Assembly (NCBI GenBank): GCA_964505725.1
Contig: CAZDJK010000048.1
Span: 690-64,689, forward strand
DNA length: 64,000 nt
Source: an uncultured Bifidobacteriaceae bacterium
GTDB lineage: Bacteria > Actinomycetota > Acidimicrobiia > IMCC26256 > DASPTH01
Direction of reading: 5' to 3'
Position 1 is the stretch's first letter. Every line of letters begins with the position of its first letter. Below the pieces are notes generated by a model that saw nothing but the letters and a program-made list of their open reading frames with translations, was not told the origin of the DNA and made no database searches. The translations under genes and the position numbers were made by a program. Shown one piece after another: positions 48,865 to 58,447 of this stretch.

Positions 48865-49680
48865 CTACAAGGTTCGGCGACGAGGCAGCGGAGCGTCGAG
48901 CGCGCGGTGGAGCATGGAGACAAGATCGTGCGCATCCGGAACGTTGAGTGCGTGGTAGGTCGCGTCCTCCTCGTGCTCTCCGAAGCCGACGAGCACCTTC
49001 GCACGACCGCTGTCGAGCAGGATCCCTTTGAGTGCCTTGACCGCCTTCGCGGGCTCCGCGCGCACGTGGACCTTCGCGACATCGCCGTCGACCTCCACCG
49101 ACCACGTACACCGATGACGGGCGACTTCGAGCATGTGGTCGCGCCGGATGACGAGGTGGGCGGAAACGCGAGTGCAGAAGCGAGGGTTCGCCGAGCGCGA
49201 TCGGTTGACCCCACGAGGGGCGTTCAACCCGCTCGACCAGCAGCCCGGCAGCGCTCCGCAACGCCAGGCCCCGTTCGGCACAGTCGCCCACGCCGAACCA
49301 GTCCCACAGCAGGCGGGCGGGGAGGCGCCCGCCACGACCGAACTCACCGTTCGCCCGACCCGCGAGCCACACGAGCGCCGCGGCACACCGCTCGACGTTC
49401 GGACTCCGCTGCAGCGGCCGCGGGTCGCGCGCCGCGACCCGGGCGAGGATGCGCCGGGTGACGGTACGAAGTTCACTGTCGAGAATGAGATCACAACACG
49501 GGTCGGTGCGTTCCAGCACAGATGTCACAAAGGGGGCGTCGCGCACGTCGACCGCGGACCAGTCGAACGGCTCGTCGGGGAGGCGCAGGCTGTCGAGGCT
49601 CCAGAGGGCCTCCGCGTCGCCGACCAGCTCGATCAGGTCGGTGAAGAGGTCAGTTTGACGGCGGGCCAAGTCGTCGATCC
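48865..49680 (-). pseudogene. Frameshifted, probably 5'-truncated gene (DUF6398-like domain)
   Basis: Protein-like reading (DAEALWSLD...RILARVAARDP...AAALVWLAGRAN...LGEPSLLHSRF) continues in another frame (AHLVIRRD...) from ~49160. Confidence 0.5.
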
Positions 49681-49753
49681 CGCCTGTGGCGGGGTCACAA
49701 GATCGATGCGTGGCGGCAGGGTCGCGCGAGCATGTGACATCAACGACCGGGTC

Positions 49754-50344
49754 GTGACTCCCGAGCTCCGGACCGAGCGGCTGGTCCTCCGTGCGTGGCG
49801 GACGGAGGACCGCGAGTCGTTCGCGGCGCTGAACGCCGATCCGGTGGTGATGGAGTACTACCCGTCGACGTTGACGCGCGCCGAGAGCGACGCCTTCGTC
49901 GAGCGCATCGAGGCCGGGTTCGCCCGCCGCGGATGGGGCCTGTGGGCGGTCGAGGTCGCGGGCGGAGCGGCATTCATCGGCTACGTGGGCTTCGCGTACG
50001 CCGACTTCCCGGCGGCGTTCACTCCTGCGGTGGAGATCGGCTGGCGGCTCGCGGCCGGGTACTGGGGCCGGGGCCACGCGACCGAGGCCGCGCGCGCCGC
50101 GGTCACGTTCGGGTTCGACCAGCTCGGCTTCGCCGACATCGTCTCGTTCACCTCGCAGCTCAACCTGCGATCGCAGCGCGTGATGCAGAAGCTCGGGATG
50201 ACGCGCGATCCGCGCGACGACTTCGACCATCCCGGCGTGCCGGAGGGCCACCACCTCAGGCGTCACGTGCTCTACCGGCTCGCGGCACCCGCCGCCGAGG
50301 ACGTCAGTGGAAGTCGCGGGACCTCAACCGGTCGTCGAGGCTGA
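49754..50344 (+). CDS. GNAT acetyltransferase, RimJ/RimL family
   Basis: LRTERLVLRAW, VEIGWRLA...WGRGHATEAA and N.RSQRVMQKLGM motifs. Confidence 0.92.
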   Translation: MTPELRTERLVLRAWRTEDRESFAALNADPVVMEYYPSTLTRAESDAFVERIEAGFARRGWGLWAVEVAGGAAFIGYVGFAYADFPAAFTPAVEIGWRLAAGYWGRGHATEAARAAVTFGFDQLGFADIVSFTSQLNLRSQRVMQKLGMTRDPRDDFDHPGVPEGHHLRRHVLYRLAAPAAEDVSGSRGTSTGRRG

Positions 50345-53300
50345 GCGGCAGCGCCACGATCCGCTGCGCGAGCACGTTGACCACACCCTGGTAGCGCTCG
50401 AGCACACCGCGGATCTCGAGCGCCGGTGCGGTGCGCGCGGCTTTGCGGTAGCGCTTCCAGACGTCGGGCGTGCAGATCACGTTCACGAGGCCGGTCTCGT
50501 CCTCGAGGTTCACGAACACGATGCCCTTGGCGGTCTCCGGCTGCTGGCGGTGGGTGACCACGCCGGCGATGTCCACGACCGAGCGGTCGGGCAGCTCGCG
50601 GAGGTCCCCTGCCGTCACCACACCGCGGGCGGCGAGCTCCTCGCGCACCAGCTCGGTGGGGTGACGGGCCGCCGACATGCCCGTGGCCCACAGGTCGGCG
50701 GCCACCTCCTCCACCTCGGTCATACCCGGCAGCGGCGGTGCGTCCAGGCCGACGACCACGCCGGGGAGCTTGTCGGCGCGGGCATCGCGCAGCGCGCCGG
50801 CCGCCCACAGCGCGCTGCGGCGGGTGACGCCGAAGCAGTCGAACGCACCCGCGGTGGCGAGCGCCTCCAGCGCGTCGATGGGCGCGCCGGTGCGGCGGGT
50901 GAAGTCGTCGAGATCGGTGAAGGAGCGCTCGGCGCGCTCCTCGTCGATCCGGTCGAGGAGCTGGTCGGAGAGGCCGCGCACGTAGCGCAACCCGGTCCGC
51001 ACCGCGTGGGCCGACGGGTCGGCGTGCCACCCCGGCCGGGGCCGCCCGATCGGCCCCGCCGCCGTCGTGCGCGGCTCGAGCGTGCAGTCGCGACGCGACG
51101 CGAGCACGCACGGACCGAGCACCTCGACCCCGTGACGGATGGCGTCGCGCACGATCGTGTGCGGTGAGTAGAAGCCCATCGGCTGCGCGTTGAGCAGCGC
51201 GCAGGCGAACTCAGCCGGGTAGTGCAGCTTGATCCACGAGCTCGAGTACACGAGGTAGGCGAAGCTCACCGAGTGGCTCTCGGGGAAGCCGAAGTCGGCG
51301 AACGCCTCGAGCTTGTGCGCGATGTCGTCGGCGACCGCGCCGGTGATGCCGCGCTCGGCCATGCCCGTCATCAACCGCTCGCGCATCGCGGCCATGCGCG
51401 CCCGTGACCGCTTCGAGCCCATTGCCTGGCGGAGCTGGTCCGACTCGCCGGGGGTGAACCCCGCGACGTCGATCGCCATCTGCATGAGCTGCTCCTGGAA
51501 CAGCGGCACGCCGAGGGTCTTCGCGAGGCATTCCTGCAGCAGCGGGTGCGGGTAGGTCACCTGCTCCTGACCGTTGCGACGACGCAGGTAGGGATGCACC
51601 GACCCGCCCTGGATGGGTCCGGGACGGATGAGCGCCACCTCGATCACGAGGTCGTAGAAGCACTCCGGGCGGAGGCGCGGCAGCGTGGCCATCTGCGCGC
51701 GGCTCTCCACCTGGAACACGCCGACGGTGTCGGCCGCGCCCAGCAGCTCGTACACCTCGGGTTCCTGGGGGATGGTCGCGAGGTCGACGTCGACGCCCTC
51801 GTGCTCGCGTACGAGATCGACGGCGAGGTGCAGCATGGTGAGCATCCCGAGACCGAGCAGATCGAACTTCACCAGGCCTGCGGCCGCGCAGTCGTCCTTG
51901 TCCCACTGGAGCACGGAACGGTTCTCCATCCGCGCCCACTCGACCGGGCAGCACTCCACCAGGGGGCGGTCGGCCAGCACCATGCCGCCCGAATGGATCC
52001 CGAGGTGACGGGGGAAGTCGAGCACCTGCTCGGCGAGGTCGAGCGCGAGCGGCGGCACCGCGGGCGCGTCGCGGTCGCCGGCGGTCAGCGTGGCGAACGA
52101 GCCGCTCGTGCGGCCCCAGCGGTCGACCCACTTGGTGAGCGCATCGGCGTGCCCGGGCGACAACCCGGTGACCTTGGCCATCTCGCGCAGCGCCGACCGC
52201 GCACGGTAGGTGATCACGTTGGCCACCTGCGCGGCGCGCTCGCGCCCGTACTTCTCGTAGACGTGCTGGATCACCTCCTCGCGCCGCTGGTGCTCGATGT
52301 CGAGGTCGATGTCGGGTGGGCCGTCACGCTCGAGGGAGAGGAACCGCTCGAACAGCAGCCCGAGCTCCACCGCGTCGGCCTTGGTGACGCCGAGCGCGTA
52401 GCAGACCGCGCTGTTGGCGGCGCTCCCCCGACCCTGGCAGTAGATGTCGTGCACGCGGCAGAACTCGACGATCTCCACCAGCACGAGGAAGTAACCGGGG
52501 AAGTTGAGCTGCTCGATCACGTCGAGCTCGTGCGCGATCTGGCGCATCGCCTGCTCGTGGCACTTGTGGGTCGACGGGTACCGCAGCGCGGCACCGCGCG
52601 TCGTGAGGTCGCGCAGCCATGTCATCTCGGTGTGCCCCGGTGGCACGTCGTGGTCGGGGAGATCGGGAGCGGCCACGCGCAGGTCGAAGGCGCACGCGCC
52701 CGCCACGTCGACGGTGCGCTCGACCGCGCCCGGCCAGCGCGCGAAGCGCCTCGCCTGCTCCCCCGCGCTGCGGAGGTGCGCGAGCGGTGATGCGGGGAGC
52801 CAGCCGTCGATCTCGTCGAGCGAGCGGCGGGCGCGGATGGCGGCGAGCGCGGTGGCGAGCGGGCGCTGTGCGGGTGTGGCGTAGTGCACGTTGTTGGTGG
52901 CCACCACCTCCACGCCCGCGCTCATGGCGACGCGCGCCAGCGCGTCGTTGCGGTGGCGGTCGAGCGGATCGCCGTGGTCCCACAGCTCCACCAGCACGCG
53001 ATCACGGCCGAAGCCGGCGACCAGCCCGTCGAGCGCGCGCCGCGCCGCGGCCGGGCCGTCGCGCACGAGGGCCGACGGCACCGTGCCCTTGCGGCACCCG
53101 GTGAGCACGAACCAGGAGTCGTTGGCCCGGCTCGCCCGTGGGTGCACGTGCACGGGGGCGCGGGCGGCATCGGCGAGCGCCGCGAGCGTGGTGCGGGGCG
53201 CGCCCTTCTCCCCCGCCAGCTGCACCTGGCTGATCGCCCGGGCAAGGCGCGCATACCCGACGGGACCCTCGGCCAGGATCAGGAGGTGCTCCCCCTCCGG

Positions 53301-53552
53301 GTCGGGCTCCCCGTTGGCGGGACGGGTGATGCCGAGCGTGAGCTCGGCACCGAAGACAGTGGGGAGGCCGGCGGGGCGGGCGGCGAGCGCGAACCGCACC
53401 ACTCCATAGAGGCCGTCGTGGTCGGTGACCGCGAGCGCGGCCAGGCCCAGCCGGGCCGCCTCGGCGGCCAGCTCCTCCGGATGGCTGGCGCCGTCGAGGA
53501 AGGAGAAATTGGTGTGGCAGTGCAGCTCGGCGTAGGCGCCCGGGCCCGGCAT
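50304..53552 (-). CDS. dnaE2: Error-prone DNA polymerase III alpha (DnaE2/ImuC)
   Basis: PHP motif AELHCHTNFSFLDG, GRGSAANS, PDIDLD, HLGIHSGG, KFDLLGL, F.FPESHS and LLNAQPMGFY; OB-fold tail. Confidence 0.96.
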   Translation of the reverse strand: MPGPGAYAELHCHTNFSFLDGASHPEELAAEAARLGLAALAVTDHDGLYGVVRFALAARPAGLPTVFGAELTLGITRPANGEPDPEGEHLLILAEGPVGYARLARAISQVQLAGEKGAPRTTLAALADAARAPVHVHPRASRANDSWFVLTGCRKGTVPSALVRDGPAAARRALDGLVAGFGRDRVLVELWDHGDPLDRHRNDALARVAMSAGVEVVATNNVHYATPAQRPLATALAAIRARRSLDEIDGWLPASPLAHLRSAGEQARRFARWPGAVERTVDVAGACAFDLRVAAPDLPDHDVPPGHTEMTWLRDLTTRGAALRYPSTHKCHEQAMRQIAHELDVIEQLNFPGYFLVLVEIVEFCRVHDIYCQGRGSAANSAVCYALGVTKADAVELGLLFERFLSLERDGPPDIDLDIEHQRREEVIQHVYEKYGRERAAQVANVITYRARSALREMAKVTGLSPGHADALTKWVDRWGRTSGSFATLTAGDRDAPAVPPLALDLAEQVLDFPRHLGIHSGGMVLADRPLVECCPVEWARMENRSVLQWDKDDCAAAGLVKFDLLGLGMLTMLHLAVDLVREHEGVDVDLATIPQEPEVYELLGAADTVGVFQVESRAQMATLPRLRPECFYDLVIEVALIRPGPIQGGSVHPYLRRRNGQEQVTYPHPLLQECLAKTLGVPLFQEQLMQMAIDVAGFTPGESDQLRQAMGSKRSRARMAAMRERLMTGMAERGITGAVADDIAHKLEAFADFGFPESHSVSFAYLVYSSSWIKLHYPAEFACALLNAQPMGFYSPHTIVRDAIRHGVEVLGPCVLASRRDCTLEPRTTAAGPIGRPRPGWHADPSAHAVRTGLRYVRGLSDQLLDRIDEERAERSFTDLDDFTRRTGAPIDALEALATAGAFDCFGVTRRSALWAAGALRDARADKLPGVVVGLDAPPLPGMTEVEEVAADLWATGMSAARHPTELVREELAARGVVTAGDLRELPDRSVVDIAGVVTHRQQPETAKGIVFVNLEDETGLVNVICTPDVWKRYRKAARTAPALEIRGVLERYQGVVNVLAQRIVALPLSLDDRLRSRDFH

Positions 53553-53558
53553 GCCCTG

Positions 53559-53588
53559 ACCGTACCGAACACATGTTCGATACTGCAA
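53559..53588 (-). promoter_or_regulatory. LexA-repressed leaderless dnaE2 promoter
   Basis: TTGCAG-N18-TACGGT-N6-ATG, with SOS box CCGAAC-ACAT-GTTCGA (53565-53580) in the spacer. Confidence 0.85.
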
Positions 53589-53718
53589 GACCTCGTCGCC
53601 GCGCCGCTCGGGCCGGAGCGACGAGTCGGCCGGAGCGGTCGAGCCGGTGAGGTCGGCGGGAGCGGTCGGCACACAGGTTCACACGTCTCTACAGTTCCGC
53701 CTCGTGGACGGCCTCTCG

Positions 53719-55167
53719 ATGGGTCGGGTGATCACGGTGCTCGCGGAGGCGGAGCCCGACCGGCCCGCGGTGACCGGCTGGGAGCCCGACGGCGGCGTGC
53801 GCACCCTCACGCGGGCCGAGCTCGACACGCGCACGAACCGCATCGCGCGCGAGTGGGCCGACCTCGGCGTCGGCCAAGGCGACTTCGTGAGCATCGCGCT
53901 CCCGAACTCGGTGGCATTCGTCGAGGCGACCGTGGCCACCTGGAAGCTGGGCGCGGTGCCGCAGCCGGTGAGCGCACGCCTCCCCGACCGTGAGCGGCAG
54001 GCCATCGTCGAGCTCGCCGATTCCAGGCTCGTCGTCGGCGCCGATCCCGACGCGCACCCGGGTCGGCGGGTCCTCCCCACGGGCTGGGAGCCCGATCCGT
54101 CGACGAGCACGGACGCACTGCCGGACCGCGTGAGCCCGTCGACCCGCGCGATGACGTCGGGAGGGTCGACCGGGCGGCCCAAGCTCATCGTCAACGGCTC
54201 GCCCGGCGTGGTCAGCATCGCGGTCGCCGGAGCGGCCCAGGTGACGCCCGGCGGGTGCCACGTGGTGCCCGGCCCGCTGTACCACAACGGGCCGTTCGGG
54301 CTCTCGATGGGCGGGCTCACCGCCGGGAACCACCTCGTCGTCTTCCCGCGCTTCGACGCCGAGGCGACCCTGCGCGCGATCGAGGAGCACCGCGGCACGT
54401 TCATCTTCGTCGTGCCGACGATGATGCTGCGCATCTGGCGGCTCGGCGACGAGGTCCGGTCGCGCTACGACGTGTCGAGCCTCGAGACGGTCTGGCACTT
54501 CGCGGCCCCCTGCCCCGACTGGTTGAAGGCGAGCTGGATCGATTGGCTCGGTGCCGAACGGATCTGGGAGCTCTACGGCGGCACCGAGCTGCAGGCCATG
54601 ACCGTCATCCGGGGCGACGAGTGGCTCGCGCACCGAGGTTCGGTCGGGCGTCCGATCATCGGCGAGATGAAGGTGTTCGATCCCGACACCGGGGTCGCGA
54701 CGGCTCCCGGAGAGGTCGGCGAGATCTACATGCGGCGCGACGCCGACGGCACCCCGGCGTACCGGTACATCGGCTCGGATGCCCGCACGCTGCCCGACCA
54801 CTGGGAGAGCCTGGGCGACATGGGCTCGATCGACGCCGACGGGTACGTGTACCTCAGCGACCGGCGGGCCGACATGATCCTGGTCGGCGGGGCCAACGTG
54901 TACCCGGCGGAGATCGAGGGCGCGCTGATGGAGCACCCGAGCGTGCTCAGCGCAGCCGTGATCGGGCTGCCCGACGACGATCTCGGCAACCGCGTGCACG
55001 CGATCGTGCAGGTGACTGCGCCGGTCGGCGACGACGAGCTGTCCGCCTTCCTCTCGGAGCGTCTCGTCCGCTACAAGGTCCCGCGTTCGTTCGAGCTCAC
55101 GAGCGAGCCGGTCCGCGACGATGCCGGGAAGGTCCGTCGCAGCGCGCTGCGCGCCGATCGCCTCTGA
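53719..55167 (+). CDS. Acyl-CoA ligase (AMP-binding; BaiB-like)
   Basis: TSGGSTGRPK, GPLYHNGP, YGGTE, GD.G.ID.DGY, DR..D.I..GG.NVYPAEIE and YKVPR motifs. Confidence 0.92.
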   Translation: MGRVITVLAEAEPDRPAVTGWEPDGGVRTLTRAELDTRTNRIAREWADLGVGQGDFVSIALPNSVAFVEATVATWKLGAVPQPVSARLPDRERQAIVELADSRLVVGADPDAHPGRRVLPTGWEPDPSTSTDALPDRVSPSTRAMTSGGSTGRPKLIVNGSPGVVSIAVAGAAQVTPGGCHVVPGPLYHNGPFGLSMGGLTAGNHLVVFPRFDAEATLRAIEEHRGTFIFVVPTMMLRIWRLGDEVRSRYDVSSLETVWHFAAPCPDWLKASWIDWLGAERIWELYGGTELQAMTVIRGDEWLAHRGSVGRPIIGEMKVFDPDTGVATAPGEVGEIYMRRDADGTPAYRYIGSDARTLPDHWESLGDMGSIDADGYVYLSDRRADMILVGGANVYPAEIEGALMEHPSVLSAAVIGLPDDDLGNRVHAIVQVTAPVGDDELSAFLSERLVRYKVPRSFELTSEPVRDDAGKVRRSALRADRL

Positions 55168-55174
55168 GGGGGTG

Positions 55175-55582
55175 TCAGGCGCGCGAGGCGTCGTCGAAGC
55201 CGTAGAAGTCGGCGATCTCCGACTCCGCGCACGACGGGTGCACCCAGATCTCGACGATCTCCTCGCCCGCGAACCTCACCGTCCACGCCGTGTGGTACGT
55301 GATCGTGCGACCACCGCGGTTCGCGCTCACCTGGTTCGTGGTCACCACGATGTCGCCGTGCCCCACGATGCCGACACGCGTCGACAGGAAGGTCTGGTCG
55401 GTGCGCTGGAGCAGCTCGGTGTGCACGGCCAGGAGGCCGCGCGCGCCCTGGAGGTCGCCGAGCGGGACGACGTAGGGCAGGTGGATGGGCGCGTCGTCGC
55501 GCAGGGTCCCGCGCGCGGCGTCGAGATCGTCGTTGGTCAGCGCGAGCATCATCGCCTCGAAGCGATCGACGTTGGTCGGCAT
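55175..55582 (-). CDS. SnoaL-like/NTF2 family protein
   Basis: 135 aa; NTF2-like pattern (FEA...L..DDL, GHGDIVV, WTVRF...IVEIW). Confidence 0.7.
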   Translation of the reverse strand: MPTNVDRFEAMMLALTNDDLDAARGTLRDDAPIHLPYVVPLGDLQGARGLLAVHTELLQRTDQTFLSTRVGIVGHGDIVVTTNQVSANRGGRTITYHTAWTVRFAGEEIVEIWVHPSCAESEIADFYGFDDASRA

Positions 55583-55585
55583 TCG

Positions 55586-55981
55586 TCAGTCTTCCTCGAG
55601 CTCGCTGAGGTCACCCGGCACGTCGACGGCGTGCTCCTGCAGTGCGTCGAGAGGGACGATCTCGAGCGCACGCTCGTGGGTGGACGCGAGCACGACCGGT
55701 GCGGCGACACCGTCGCGGTGCGCGCGCAGCCAATTGATCGCGGTGACGCACCAGCGGTCACCGGGCACGAGCCCGGGGAAGCGGTAGTCGGGTACCGGCG
55801 TGCTGAGGTCGTTCCCGATACTGCGTTGGTGCTCGAGGAACTCGGCGGTGACGACCGCGCAGATGGTGTGGCTCCCGAGATCCTCCGGCCCGGTGTTGCA
55901 ACACCCGTCCCGGTAGAAGCCGGTAACGGGATCGGTGCCGCACGGCTCGAGTCGCCCGCCCAGCACGTTGCGTTCGGTCAC
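55586..55981 (-). CDS. DUF2237 family protein
   Basis: NVLGG.LEPCG.DP.TGFYRDGCC, H.ICA, GNDLSTP and PGDRWC motifs. Confidence 0.9.
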   Translation of the reverse strand: MTERNVLGGRLEPCGTDPVTGFYRDGCCNTGPEDLGSHTICAVVTAEFLEHQRSIGNDLSTPVPDYRFPGLVPGDRWCVTAINWLRAHRDGVAAPVVLASTHERALEIVPLDALQEHAVDVPGDLSELEED

Positions 55982-56004
55982 CCCACCAGTATCGCCGCCC
56001 TCTG

Positions 56005-56053
56005 CAACTTGCGTCACTTGAACGGATTATTTCCGTTCAAGTGACGCAAGTTG
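56005..56053. repeat. Perfect 22-bp inverted repeat (REP-like element or terminator)
   Basis: CAACTTGCGTCACTTGAACGGA-TTATT-TCCGTTCAAGTGACGCAAGTTG; extra GCAAGTTGCAG copy at 56060-56070. Confidence 0.9.
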
Positions 56054-56077
56054 GAGCGAGCAAGTTGCAGGGAGAGG

Positions 56078-57709
56078 TCAGTCGTAGACGGCTTCGACCG
56101 CGGCGGTGGTGCCCGACACGGTGACGAGGCACGCGATCCCGGTGTCGTCGGCAGCCTCGATGACGACCTGCCAGCGGGCGCCGCGGTAGCGGCGCGCGGT
56201 GGCGGTGAAGCGGTCCCACCACCGGATGTCGTAGAGCCACGGGCCGGACCATTGGACGACGCGCCCTCCTCCCTCCGGCAGGGCGGAGCACCGCAGCACC
56301 GCGGGCGCGCCCGACGCATCGCCCCGCCCCGACACGGTGACGGGATCGCCGTGCGCGTCCTGCAGCTCAGCGGCAACGGGAGGGTCGAGCACCCGGGCGG
56401 GGGCGGGGCCGGGCACCGCGCCGGGCCAGGGCGCGTCCGCCGGCCCGGCGGCCTCTCGCGGCGCGCCCCACGGCACCCACCGGAACCGCTCCGCCGGGCC
56501 GCGCCCTCCGGACGGCACCGCGGTGACGACCGCGTCGGGCCCGAGCATTCCCTGGATCCGGGTGAGGACCCGTGCCGCGCGATCCCCGGCGGCGGCGTCG
56601 CCACCCCAGAACCCGAGCTGGCGACCGGCCGCGGGCACCACCCGGTCGGGCGAGAGACGCAGCAGGGTGAGACCGCCGGTCACGACGTCGTCCGCGTCGC
56701 CCTCGACGCCGTAGCCGGCACGTTCGGTGAGCCACGCGTCGAGCTGCCAGCGCACGCGGGTGACCAGCGCGGCGGGGGTCAGCCCACCCTCGTGCCGCCA
56801 GCACCGGGTGAGCCGCTCCCCGTGCTCGGTCTCGGCCCCGACCACCACCTGGAGGCAGCTCAAGCCGAGCTCGTCGAGGCGCGCGAGCAACCGGTCGGCG
56901 AGCGACTTCGCCGCGAACGCGGCTTCGTCGACGCGGGACGCGGGTGGGTCGAGCTCGATGGTCTCGACCAGCTCCGGCGGCACCGCGGCGGGTGTCACCG
57001 TGACCGCCGACTCGCCGCGCGCCAGCCGGTGGGCCCGGGCGCCGGCGGCGCCGAACCGACCGAGCACCGCGGCCGGGGGGAGCGCGGCGAAGTCGGCGAG
57101 GGTCCGCAGGCCGAGCCGGGTGAGCAGGCCGACCAGCTCGGGCCCGCCGTTGACGCGCCCCGCGAGCACCCCGACCGACCACGGGCCGAGGAACGCCGCC
57201 GAGCCGCCCCGCGGCACCACCATCGTCGATGCGCTCGCGCGCGCTGCGAGCGCGGCTGCGAGCTCACCGTCGGCGATCCCGACACGGGCGTCGGGCACAC
57301 CGGCACCGCGCACCGCGTCGAGCACCCGCACCGCGAGCGCGTCATCACCCCCGAAGTACCGCGACGGCCCGCGCGTGGGGAACGAGAGCCGGCCCGGCCG
57401 CTCGAGCACGAGACGGGGTACGAGCTGCTCGACGGCACGGACCACGGGCTCGAACGTGCGGGCGTCGGCGTCGTCGTCGGCCTCGACCACCGCGAGCCCC
57501 GCGCAGCGTGCTTCGGCCTCACGCCGGCGGAGGCCGACCGACACTCCCGCGTCGCGCGCGGCCGCCGAGGCGGCGCGCACGACGAGCCCGCGCTCGCCGC
57601 GGTCGACCACGACCAGCGGCACCGAGCGCAAGCCCGGATCGCGTCGGGTGGCGGTGACGATCGACCAGTCGGGACACCACATGTACGCGGTGCGCTCGGG
57701 CGCGTCCAC
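56078..57709 (-). CDS. imuB: ImuB, inactive Y-family polymerase
   Basis: WCPDW replaces the catalytic motif; RGPSRYFGG, LG.RTL.DFA, LSP...P..G.Q.GFW and W.GPW...WW motifs. Confidence 0.9.
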   Translation of the reverse strand: MDAPERTAYMWCPDWSIVTATRRDPGLRSVPLVVVDRGERGLVVRAASAAARDAGVSVGLRRREAEARCAGLAVVEADDDADARTFEPVVRAVEQLVPRLVLERPGRLSFPTRGPSRYFGGDDALAVRVLDAVRGAGVPDARVGIADGELAAALAARASASTMVVPRGGSAAFLGPWSVGVLAGRVNGGPELVGLLTRLGLRTLADFAALPPAAVLGRFGAAGARAHRLARGESAVTVTPAAVPPELVETIELDPPASRVDEAAFAAKSLADRLLARLDELGLSCLQVVVGAETEHGERLTRCWRHEGGLTPAALVTRVRWQLDAWLTERAGYGVEGDADDVVTGGLTLLRLSPDRVVPAAGRQLGFWGGDAAAGDRAARVLTRIQGMLGPDAVVTAVPSGGRGPAERFRWVPWGAPREAAGPADAPWPGAVPGPAPARVLDPPVAAELQDAHGDPVTVSGRGDASGAPAVLRCSALPEGGGRVVQWSGPWLYDIRWWDRFTATARRYRGARWQVVIEAADDTGIACLVTVSGTTAAVEAVYD

Positions 57710-57714
57710 CGCGC

Positions 57715-58371
57715 TCAGACGGCGCGCGCGAACGCGGCGACGTCACCCGTGCGGACGCGCGACGCGGCACCGCGACCCTCCGTGCGCACGTGCATGCGGC
57801 GGCCGGTGAGCATCCCGGTGTCGTCGAGCCCGTACCACGTGCTGCCGTCGGCGTGGAGCGTGAGCACCGCGTCGGCCGGCCAGGTGTTGCCGCGCACGAC
57901 GAGCACCGCGCCGCGTTCGCGTGCGCGCGCCACCAGCCGGCGGGCGTCGCCGACCCGCACCCCCCTCGGCGCGTCGGCCACCACCACGCTCACCCCGTCG
58001 AGGAGCGCGGCGGTCACGGCAGCCCAGCGGGAGGGGGGAACCCGCCGGACCACCGTGAACCACTCCAGGGCGACCCCGGCCTCCCGCGCACCGAGCGCAC
58101 CGAGGCTCCCGTCGAGATCGACGGCCGCCGCCCACTCCCCCACCGCGGTGAAGGCGGCCGCGAGCCCGAACGCGAGCGTGGTGGCGCCGGCGCCGGGCGC
58201 GCCCGCGACCCGGAGCACCGAGCCCCGCACCACCGTGCCGCCCGGGACGATGGCGCCCAGCTCGCCGTCGAGCGCCACCGCGCGGTCGCGTGCGAGCACG
58301 AGCGGGCGCACCCGATCCTGGGCAGTCCCGGGAGGCACACCGTGCTCGACGGGGTGGAGGGCCACGGCCAT
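57715..58371 (-). CDS. imuA: ImuA'-like RecA-fold accessory protein
   Basis: Degenerate Walker A GAPGAGATT (no Lys), LLDGVSVVV and RRLVARARERGAVL motifs; directly upstream of imuB. Confidence 0.82.
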   Translation of the reverse strand: MAVALHPVEHGVPPGTAQDRVRPLVLARDRAVALDGELGAIVPGGTVVRGSVLRVAGAPGAGATTLAFGLAAAFTAVGEWAAAVDLDGSLGALGAREAGVALEWFTVVRRVPPSRWAAVTAALLDGVSVVVADAPRGVRVGDARRLVARARERGAVLVVRGNTWPADAVLTLHADGSTWYGLDDTGMLTGRRMHVRTEGRGAASRVRTGDVAAFARAV

Positions 58372-58380
58372 GGACCGGCC

Positions 58381-58410
58381 ATGTTACCGAACGTACGTTC
58401 GATCCGTCAA
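58381..58410 (-). promoter_or_regulatory. LexA-repressed imuAB promoter
   Basis: TTGACG-N18-TAACAT, with SOS box CCGAAC-GTAC-GTTCGA (58387-58402) in the spacer. Confidence 0.88.
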
Positions 58411-58447
58411 GCCCCGGGCGGCGGACCGGGGCGGGCCGCGCCGCGCG

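Noticed and set aside
49690-49740. CRP site near TCACA/TGTGA
   Set aside because: The half-sites are in the wrong order and ~35 nt apart, not TGTGA-N6-TCACA.
53590-53670. Imperfect GGAGCGGTCG repeats upstream of the dnaE2 promoter
   Set aside because: Only two degenerate GC-rich copies; not distinguishable from chance.
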